A DNA stretch of 64,000 bases, taken from positions 129,270-193,269 of the forward strand of contig JBAXOX010000001.1 in the NCBI GenBank assembly GCA_037133015.1, given 5' to 3'. Shown one piece after another: positions 36,801-42,662 of this stretch. This DNA comes from Acidobacteriota bacterium. Lineage in GTDB: Bacteria > Acidobacteriota > Vicinamibacteria > Vicinamibacterales > JAKQTR01. Below the pieces are notes generated by a model. The model was not told the origin of the DNA and ran no database searches. It worked only from the letters and a program-made list of their open reading frames with translations. Each line of letters opens with the position of its first letter. The stretch's first letter is position 1. A program made the translations under genes and the position numbers.

Positions 36801-39250
36801 CCACGGTGGCGGGCACGATGGTCTACACGCCGCCGGCCGGAACGGTGCTGACCGTGGGGACGCAAACGCTGTCGGTCACGTTCACGCCGAGCGATTCGGC
36901 GAACTACGCGGCGATCACCAAGACGGTGACGATCGAGGTGGCGAAGGCGACGCCGGTGATTACGTGGGCCAGCCCGGCCGGCATCGAATTCGGCACCGCG
37001 GTCGGGCCGACGCAGTTGAATGCGACCGCGGATACGCAAGGCGTGTTCGTATATGCGCCGCCGGCAGGAACCCTGCTCAACGCAGGGGCCGCCCAGACGC
37101 TGTCGGTCAATTTCACGCCGACGGATTCGGCCAATTACGCGCCTGCCACCAGGCGCGTCACGATCGATGTCGCCAAGCGCGTTCCGACCCTGACGTGGAG
37201 CAGCCCGGCGGGGATCGTCTACGGCACCGCGCTGAGTGCGGCGCAATTGAATGCGACGGCCGACGTCGCCGGCACGACGGTCTACTCGCCGGCCAGCGGC
37301 GCGATGCTCAACGCGGGCTCGGGGCAGACACTGTCGGCCACCTTCACGCCGTCCGACCTCTTCAACTACGCACAGGCCACCAAGACCACGACGATTGATG
37401 TCGCCAAGGCCATCCCCGTGGTGAGGTGGGCCAACCCGGCTCCAATCGTCTACGGCACCGCGCTGTCGGCGACTCAGTTGAATGCATCGGCGAGCATCCC
37501 CGGCGTCCTGGTCTACGCGCCGGCCGCTGGCGCGATCCCCGGCGCTGGCGCTCAGCCGTTGTCGGTGACGTTGACGCCGACCGACCGCACCAATTACGAG
37601 ATCGTCATCGCGTCGGCGACGATCGTCGTCTCGTTTAGCGGGCCGGCGCACGGCGGTCCCTCGACCGGGACCGTCAACGCGAGCCAGACGCAGCTGACCT
37701 ACAGCGGCGTGGCGTACGCGCTGGTCAACGGGCGTGTGACGTTTCCCGACTGCAGCGTTTACATCGCCCTGGGCAACGGGATGTTGATTTCGGCCGGCCC
37801 GGCGCCCGGCTGCACGCCGCCGTCCAGCAGCCCTGCCGGCAGTTCCAGCGGGAGCGGGTCCAGCAGTGGCGGGAGCTCCTCAAGCAGCAGCGGCGCCAGT
37901 TCTGGCGGGGGGAGCAGCAGTTCGGGCCGAAGCAGCGGCGGCGGCGCGCCCTTCGCGGGACCTGGCAGCGGTGGTCCCTCCACCGGTTCGGTCAGCGGCA
38001 ACACGCTCACGTACCTCGGCGCGACGTATGCGATCGTCAACGGCAAGGTCACGTTTCCGGACTGCACCTGGTATATCGCGCTGGGCAACGGGATGCTGAT
38101 CGCGGCGGGGCCCGCGCCCGGCTGCACGGTGAGCGGGTCGAGTTCGGGCGGCGGCACCGGAGGCAGCGGGAGTTCCAGCGGCGGGAGCAGCGGCGGGAGT
38201 TCGACGGGCAGCAGTTCCGGCAGCAGCGGCGGCTCGAGCAGTGGGAGCAGTACCGGCGGCGGCGGCAGCTCGTTCGCGGGGCCTGGCAGCGGTGGTCCCT
38301 CCACCGGTTCGGTCAGCGGTAACACGCTCAATTACAACGGCACCGCGTATGCGATCGTGGATGGCAAAGTGACGTTCCCGGATTGCTCGTGGTATATCGC
38401 GTTGGGCAACGGGATGTTGATTGCGGCCGGCCCCGCGCCCGGCTGCACGACGAGCGGGTCGAGTTCGGGCGGCGCAAGCAGCAGCGGAGGCAGCGGGAGT
38501 TCCAGCGGCGGGAGCAGCAGCGGGAGCTCGACGGGCAGCAGTTCCAGCAGCAGTGGCGGCTCGAGCAGCGGGAGCAGTACCGGCGGCGGCGGCAGCACCT
38601 TCGCGGGACCCGGCAACGGCGGCCCCTCCACCGGTTCGGTCAGCGGCAACACGCTCAATTACAACGGCACCGCGTATGCGATCGTGGACGGCAAAGTGAC
38701 GTTCCCGGATTGCTCGTGGTACATCGCGCTCAACAACGGGATGTTGATTGCGGCCGGCCCCGCGCCCGGCTGCACGACCAGCGGGTCGAGTTCGGGCGGC
38801 GGCACCGGCGGCAGCGGCAGTTCCAGCGGCGGCAACCTCGGTGGAGGCTCCAGCTCCGGCAGTAGCGGCAGCGGCAGTTCCAGCAGCGGGAGTGGCGGCG
38901 GCAGCAGCTTCGCCGGCCCGGGCACCGGCGGACCAGCGGTCGGCTCGGTCAACGGAACGACGCTCACTTACAACGGTGCCACCTATCCGATTGTCAACGG
39001 CAAGGTCACGTTCCCGGATTGCACCGTGTTCATCGCGCTTGATAGCGGCACCCTGATTCGGGCCGGCCTGGCGGCGAGTTGCGTCCCGGCGGATGTGTAT
39101 CGGCCGCCTCCGGGGGACCCCGCGACGGTGCTCTTAAACCTCGGGAATTCTCAGGCTTCGCGGTCCGCCCTTGAATCCGGAAAGTTGGATCTGGCGGTGG
39201 TCCGCTCGATCAGGTGGGTAGGGCTTGCTCCCCGACGCGATATGGCGTAA
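30869..39250 (+). CDS. giant secreted subtilisin-like (S8) serine protease with multi-domain stalk and 5 C-terminal two-Cys modules (2793 aa)
   Basis: Signal peptide 'MMAWLPRPRFVSLISAIALATGLWVPGALAQ' and an I9-like propeptide. S8 triad 'VIDTGVDYTHPDL', 'HGTHVAGII', 'GTSMATPHVAG'. Then come 3 InlB-B-repeat-like units (~34210-34700), IPT/TIG-like units, a beta-helix-like region (~34960-35700), 6 MBG-like units and 5 modules. Confidence 0.9.
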   Translation: MMAWLPRPRFVSLISAIALATGLWVPGALAQPPRQPADQTSSSIRRVVSGPDRPLVSQSIDVPRGSINVSSIGPDGHQFDVSGPSVDAQRVIIEMRERPTAAVAGGGRPSEMSSERERLMQTLQGRGGTRIHHDFRRVFNGVVATVNGETRAALTRLAYVKRVRDDVRVYASLTDSVPLIRAPDVWTTYGSTGAGVKVAVIDTGVDYTHPDLGGAFGPGHKVVGGYDFVNLDADPMDDFGHGTHVAGIIAANGVMKGVAPDAQILAYKVLNGEGWGYTSDIIAGIERAVADGAKVANLSLGGSGAPDDPGSQAIDNATAAGMLCVVAAANSGPGYQTIGSPGVARTALTIGASTKTDGIASFSSRGYVEFGGHYLMKPDMVAPGQGIVSTVPLAGRLSSATRYMALSGTSMATPHVAGAAALLVQLFPTRTPAQLRSMLTGSAHDIGFNALTQGSGRLDVFDAVGTQATLEPTNLSFDLFANGSGTVTRSATVRVSNPTGSAQTYQLGTAGTLPAGSRLDLDRSALTLQSGAFADIVVSLTVDTTVTPDAPDDSASYSAAVTITGSASTARLPVVFLKSATIAFTFSSTPLLVQLYDRQSRRSLAFTPPTNHTVRPTPTGTYDIVTVFGDGGLQLVTREQVAVSGAVALTILGSEATHAVTVTPRDEHGAVIVSPFVRTMAVFGRMSAVADPPAIFMYTSGPTVYRFSALANGWDAAIIAGAGCDPAVNAAACDAKYYNYTWTSAAGRTGDEVVPAVGASYRRLVQTHRPPTSTGTAMWRKWMTLAFRGTNWFSWWMWDLWAGNHPGGSDAVTTAFIEAGVSDLGAVRFAVQDDLLWFGAGEALTPTAQTPGITSSFARLQADGSFGLQVDPLYDLADSSRTPSYTIPATTVNFRLGSAPLSGPLEFRNSTWGLSAFADPVWWPGLMTIRAPILTDASYAIDRRGRATSTPWTFDLYRQGSLVSSPLASSFLTGVLASSDAYQLVGRSSAFTTGGASAQLTSTIDLDTRLSDPNPPYLGPLQVWDGTGLVEQLTGAGSLRFEARDDVGLASVTAEYKVGSDWLPLAATASGTWYQAVMPPLGPSLPVSVRVVATDLVGNRFSQVWAPAYVASAPQTMLTVAVSGSGAGRIVSQPAGIDCGATCAAVYASATTVTLVATPSGDAIFGGWLGACTGSSPTCVTTVTGAQSAVAVFLSSTLRLAITLDGTGSGVVTSSPTGITCGTTCSATFARGTIVALQPAPSPGSAFLGWGGDCSGTASCSVTIDQDRRVTAAFEAVPTPLVTGFSPGSASAGWAAFRLTISGQNFRTGAVVMWNGVPKATTFVNATTLTVDVAASEVASPGSVKIGVVLPGNGVVSADRYYLVDNLAPATRSVDPACTDANLDGRCDDGSGFKTLKAAIAAANVGDYIILAAGQHTVIPPLLIDKSVVIYGAGPSATVIVPGGNTTSCSGDGQAWLMVPEGVSASLSNLGFDGLGFDIAQALRVKGAYSAFRWSYYNLAIKNIRSACASGGTGVFASGVLGLEIGRAEVSQIGGTGFDFNDGSRTRIWYSNISGTTLGVHSDTTTQTFVSLSRLAGNLTAARTDGTSAGLGWNWWGCNAGPGQTGCDAIVGAAPTDWIQLGVSAVPHGASATVTASLVFASTGLDTTPWGQLPDGIPVRFTASQGVISSPVATINGRSVTTFNAARAGTATVSATVDNETVSTGFSASTPSLSVTGVTPAVGLSAGGTAVVIGGTGFATGASVTIGGVAATNVVVNNAVSISARTPAHAAGIVDVVVTNPGSAAATAAAAYTYVVTLPVLTWPTPSAMIYGTPLSSTQLNATASVAGTLAYTPSLGTVLGAGAGQTLSVAFTPTDLAHQLPATKTVTIDVSKATPLVTWTSPAAITYGTALSSTQLNATANVPGTLTYTPSLGTLVDAGNSRPLSVTFTPTDAANYASVTKTVTIDVAKANPVVTWIAPAGIDYGTVLGPTQLNATATVAGTMVYTPPAGTVLTVGTQTLSVTFTPSDSANYAAITKTVTIEVAKATPVITWASPAGIEFGTAVGPTQLNATADTQGVFVYAPPAGTLLNAGAAQTLSVNFTPTDSANYAPATRRVTIDVAKRVPTLTWSSPAGIVYGTALSAAQLNATADVAGTTVYSPASGAMLNAGSGQTLSATFTPSDLFNYAQATKTTTIDVAKAIPVVRWANPAPIVYGTALSATQLNASASIPGVLVYAPAAGAIPGAGAQPLSVTLTPTDRTNYEIVIASATIVVSFSGPAHGGPSTGTVNASQTQLTYSGVAYALVNGRVTFPDCSVYIALGNGMLISAGPAPGCTPPSSSPAGSSSGSGSSSGGSSSSSSGASSGGGSSSSGRSSGGGAPFAGPGSGGPSTGSVSGNTLTYLGATYAIVNGKVTFPDCTWYIALGNGMLIAAGPAPGCTVSGSSSGGGTGGSGSSSGGSSGGSSTGSSSGSSGGSSSGSSTGGGGSSFAGPGSGGPSTGSVSGNTLNYNGTAYAIVDGKVTFPDCSWYIALGNGMLIAAGPAPGCTTSGSSSGGASSSGGSGSSSGGSSSGSSTGSSSSSSGGSSSGSSTGGGGSTFAGPGNGGPSTGSVSGNTLNYNGTAYAIVDGKVTFPDCSWYIALNNGMLIAAGPAPGCTTSGSSSGGGTGGSGSSSGGNLGGGSSSGSSGSGSSSSGSGGGSSFAGPGTGGPAVGSVNGTTLTYNGATYPIVNGKVTFPDCTVFIALDSGTLIRAGLAASCVPADVYRPPPGDPATVLLNLGNSQASRSALESGKLDLAVVRSIRWVGLAPRRDMA
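36264..37627 (+). repeat. coding tandem array: 6 MBG-like (~76 aa, period ~228-231 nt) domains
   Basis: Each unit has the form 'xTWxxPAxIxYGTALxxxQLNATAxVxGTxxYxPxxGxxLxAGxxQxLSVxFTPxDxxNYxxxTKTVTIDVxKAxP'. Unit starts are near 36270, 36497, 36728, 36956, 37187 and 37418. Confidence 0.8.
37628..39090 (+). repeat. coding tandem array: 5 copies of the two-Cys module plus poly-Ser/Gly linkers
   Basis: Copies start at 'VSFSGPAHGGPSTG', 'APFAGPGSGGPSTG', 'SSFAGPGSGGPSTG', 'STFAGPGNGGPSTG' and 'SSFAGPGTGGPAVG'. Copies 3 and 4 are offset by 327 nt and are ~95 % identical at the DNA level. Confidence 0.9.
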
Positions 39251-39522
39251 TTTGTCGTCACAATGTCGCGCCTTGTCGTTTCTCAAAAGGGATCCTGTTG
39301 GCTTAAGATTATCGGCGTGATGCTTGATTCGGCTTTCGTCTCTGGCGCCGACGGCGAAGTCTCGGCGGCGGCGGCGCGGGCCGACGAAATAATCCCGGTG
39401 TGATTTCCGCCGGGTTTTCAGATATTATCGGCTGCGGGGGTGTGGGGACGCTTTCGTTCGGGGAGTAGTCGCGAGGGCCGAAGGCTGCCATTTGGCGGAT
39501 TCGAGTCTCCGTGGAGGGTGTG

Positions 39523-42450
39523 ATGATAAAACGATCATTGGCGACGGGCTTGTTCGTAGTGCTATTTTTGTTCGCGCACGGGCTTCAGTCCCAAGCGCTC
39601 GGTCAAACCATCACAGGGACGGTGACCAAATCCTCAAACAACGCGCCGGTGGCGGACGCCGTGATCTCCTTCTACACGAGCGCCGGGGCGCTGGTGCAGT
39701 CGGTCACCACCGACAGCTCCGGTGTGTATACCTCGCCGGCCTTGACGGCGGGATCCTACTTTGTGCAGGCGGCCCCGCCCGAATCGTCGGGCCTTATCGG
39801 CATGCTGTTCAGCGGGGTTACGTGTCCCGGTGGCGCGTGCACGATTACCAGCGGCACCGCTGTCGCCGTCACGGCCTCGGCGCCCAGAGCCAATATCAAC
39901 TTCGCGCTGCAGGCTGGTGCGACGATTTCGGGGACCGTGTCGGACTTCACGTTCTTGACCCTGGTGCCCAACGCCACTGTGAAGTTTTACAAGGAAGACG
40001 GCACCCTGTTCGGGACGGTGGAGACTAACGATTCGGGCGTCTACACATCGCCTGGTCTGCCGACCGGTTCCTATTACGTCGAAGCGGACCCGTCGAGTTC
40101 GAACCCGTGGTTGTTGGCCCAGCTCTACAACAGCAAGGAGTGCCTGGGCCTCACCTGCACCCCCACATCGGGGAACGCTGTGTCGGTGACGGCGCCAGCC
40201 GCGGCCTCCAACATCAACTTCCAGCTGGTGACCGGCGGGACCATGAGCGGCCAGGCCACCACGGCATCGTCGACGGCCGGACTGGCCGACGTGGTCGTGT
40301 CCTTCTACACGAGCGCCGGGGTGCTCATCGACTCGCGGACCACCGACGCGACGGGCAACTACACCTCGCCCGTGCTGCCTAAAGGTTCGTACCGCGTTCA
40401 GGCAGACCCGCCCGAGGTGGCCGGCCTGGTGAGCCAGCTCTACAAGAACGTCACCTGTCCGGTTCTTGGGTGCGTGGTGTCCGCGGGAACGCTGGTGAAC
40501 GTGATCGGCAAGGTGACCACGCCCAACATCAATTTTGCCTTTGCCACCGGCGGCACGGTCGCCGGCACCGTCACCAAGGCGACGGGGGGCGCGGCCGTGG
40601 CGAACGTCACCATGGATTTTTTCTCGAGCGCCGGGTCGTTGCTCGCCACGACGACGACCGGCGCGCTGGGCACGTATACCTCGCCGGGTCTGCCGACCGG
40701 GTCGTACTTTGCACGCGCGGTGCCGCCGGATGCGTCGGGCCTGGTCGGCCAGCTCTATAACAGCCTTCCCTGCCTTGGCAGTACCTGCTCGGTGACGGCC
40801 GGAACGGCCATCGCCGTGGTGTCGCCCGATGCCACATCGGGCGTCAATTTTTCGCTGAGCGGGGGCGGGACCATTACCGGAAAAGTGACCAACGCGGTCA
40901 ACGCAGCGGTGGTGTCAAACGCGACTGTCTCGGTTTATACGAGCACCGGGTCGCTGGTCAAATCGACGGCGACCGACGCGTTGGGAGTGTATACCTCCCC
41001 GCCTCTGTCTTCGGGATCGTATTTCGTCCTGGCGACGCCGGCCACCACCAATCTGATCGGCTTGCTGTACAGCGGCATCCCGTGCAAGAACGCGACGTGC
41101 CTGGTTACCTTCGGCACGCCGGTGCTTGTCACCGCGCCCAGCGCGACCTCGGGCATTAATTTCGCCCTGCCGGCGGCCGGAACAGAAAAGACCACGCCGT
41201 CGATGACGTGGGCCACGCCATCGGCGATTACCTACGGCACCGCGCTTGGGGCCACCCAGTTGAACGCGACGGCGAGCACCGAGGGCACCTTCGTCTACAC
41301 GCCCCCGTCCGGGACCGTGCTCAACGCCGGACTGGCGCAGACCTTGAGCGTGGCCTTCACACCGACCGACACGGCCGACTACACCACCACGTCCAAGAGC
41401 GTCACCATTGACGTGACCAAGGTTACGCCGACCATCACCTGGGCGACGCCAGCCAGCATCATCTACGGCGCGGCGCTCGGATCGACACAGCTGAACGCCA
41501 CCGCCAGCGTGGCCGGGACGTTTGCCTACAGCCCGGTCTCCGGGACGGTCCTGAGCGCGGGTGCCGGCCAGACGTTGACCGCCACGTTCACGCCGACCGA
41601 CTCGACCAACTACAACACCGCCACCGCCACGGTCTCGATCTCGGTCATTCAATTCTTGGGTCCCGCCAACGGCGGCCCCTCTTCCGGCACGGTCAGCGGC
41701 AACATCCTCACGTATGGCGGCGTCGCGTATACGCGGGTCAACGGGAAGGTCACCTTCCCCGATTGCACCGTCTACATCGTGACCGACGGCGGCCTGCTGA
41801 TTGCGGCCGGCACCTCGCCCGGGTGCTCGCCAGGCGGCAGCACGTCGAGTTCCAGTTCCAGCTCTAGCAGCTCCAGCAGCGGTGGCAGCAGCAGCAGCGG
41901 AAGCTCCAGCGGGAGCAGCTCCAGCAGCAGCAGCGGCTCCAGCAGCGGCGGCTCGTCGTTCGCCGGCCCGGGCTCGGGCGGGCCGTCCACCGGGACGGTC
42001 AACTCCACCGAGACGCAGCTCACCTACAACGGCACGGCGTATTCGCTCGTCAATGGCCGCGTGACGTTCCCCGACTGCACGGTGTACATCGCGCTCCGGA
42101 ACGGCTTGCTCATTCCGGCCGGCACGGCGTCAGGGTGCACGCCCACCGGCTCCAGCAGCTCCAGCAGTTCGAGTTCCAGCGGCGGCTCCAGCAGCTCCGG
42201 TTCGAGCAGCGGTGGCTCGTCGAGCAGCAGCGGCTCCTCGTTCGCCGGACCCAATAGCGGCGGGCCCTCGACCGGCACGGTGAACTCGGGCGAGACGCAG
42301 CTCACCTACAATGGCGTCGTCTACGCGATGGTCAATGGGCGGGTGACGTTCCCGGATTGCACCATCTACATCGCGCTCAGGAGCGGCATCCTGATTCCGG
42401 CCGGCACGGCGTCTTCGTGCACGCCGTCCGATCGTCGACCCATACGGTAG
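39523..42450 (+). CDS. secreted protein: 5 CarboxypepD_reg-like ~105-aa repeats, 2 MBG-like domains, 3 C-terminal two-Cys modules (975 aa)
   Basis: ATG at 39523 lies 4 nt after GGAGGG (the track ORF starts at GTG 39511). Signal peptide 'MIKRSLATGLFVVLFLFAHGLQSQALG'. Repeats are read from the translation. Confidence 0.85.
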   Translation: MIKRSLATGLFVVLFLFAHGLQSQALGQTITGTVTKSSNNAPVADAVISFYTSAGALVQSVTTDSSGVYTSPALTAGSYFVQAAPPESSGLIGMLFSGVTCPGGACTITSGTAVAVTASAPRANINFALQAGATISGTVSDFTFLTLVPNATVKFYKEDGTLFGTVETNDSGVYTSPGLPTGSYYVEADPSSSNPWLLAQLYNSKECLGLTCTPTSGNAVSVTAPAAASNINFQLVTGGTMSGQATTASSTAGLADVVVSFYTSAGVLIDSRTTDATGNYTSPVLPKGSYRVQADPPEVAGLVSQLYKNVTCPVLGCVVSAGTLVNVIGKVTTPNINFAFATGGTVAGTVTKATGGAAVANVTMDFFSSAGSLLATTTTGALGTYTSPGLPTGSYFARAVPPDASGLVGQLYNSLPCLGSTCSVTAGTAIAVVSPDATSGVNFSLSGGGTITGKVTNAVNAAVVSNATVSVYTSTGSLVKSTATDALGVYTSPPLSSGSYFVLATPATTNLIGLLYSGIPCKNATCLVTFGTPVLVTAPSATSGINFALPAAGTEKTTPSMTWATPSAITYGTALGATQLNATASTEGTFVYTPPSGTVLNAGLAQTLSVAFTPTDTADYTTTSKSVTIDVTKVTPTITWATPASIIYGAALGSTQLNATASVAGTFAYSPVSGTVLSAGAGQTLTATFTPTDSTNYNTATATVSISVIQFLGPANGGPSSGTVSGNILTYGGVAYTRVNGKVTFPDCTVYIVTDGGLLIAAGTSPGCSPGGSTSSSSSSSSSSSSGGSSSSGSSSGSSSSSSSGSSSGGSSFAGPGSGGPSTGTVNSTETQLTYNGTAYSLVNGRVTFPDCTVYIALRNGLLIPAGTASGCTPTGSSSSSSSSSSGGSSSSGSSSGGSSSSSGSSFAGPNSGGPSTGTVNSGETQLTYNGVVYAMVNGRVTFPDCTIYIALRSGILIPAGTASSCTPSDRRPIR
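39601..41180 (+). repeat. coding tandem array: 5 x ~105 aa (period ~315 nt) CarboxypepD_reg-like units, each ending with a CxxxxC pair
   Basis: Unit pattern 'GTVT..A.V.F(Y/F)(T/S)SAG.L....TD..G.YTSP.L..GSY.V.A.P......L..LY....C....C....G..V.V......INF.L'. The Cys pairs are CPGGAC, CLGLTC, CPVLGC, CLGSTC and CKNATC. Confidence 0.8.
41650..42447 (+). repeat. coding tandem array: 3 copies of the two-Cys module plus poly-Ser/Gly linkers
   Basis: Copies start at 'QFLGPANGGPSSG', 'SSFAGPGSGGPSTG' and 'SSFAGPNSGGPSTG'. The protein ends in '...SSCTPSDRRPIR'. Confidence 0.9.
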
Positions 42451-42480
42451 CGGTCGAGCGACCGCGCGAGCGCTTTCGAA

Positions 42481-42515
42481 CCGGACGTGTCCGCTTGGGC
42501 ACGTCCGGTTTTTTT
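42481..42515 (+). terminator. rho-independent terminator
   Basis: CCGGACGTG-tccgcttggg-CACGTCCGG followed by TTTTTTT, 30 nt after the stop at 42450. Confidence 0.75.
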
Positions 42516-42662
42516 GTGTGCGTCAGGCATGGCGCGCGGCGCCAACGGGGCGCCGGCAACCGAGAGCGAAAGCGAATCGGGAAGTGACGTGGAGGTGCGC
42601 GTCCTCTCACGACCTGATGGCGGTGAACGGTAGCAAACCGCAAGGGCGCGGGGAACGCGCGG

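Noticed and set aside
5960-42450. Regularly spaced repeats (periods of ~230-330 nt) that could superficially suggest a CRISPR or other non-coding array.
   Set aside because: All the repeats lie inside long ORFs with signal peptides and clear enzymatic domains. The 'spacers' are Ser/Gly codon runs, the repeat units are 170+ nt, and no cas genes or leader are present.
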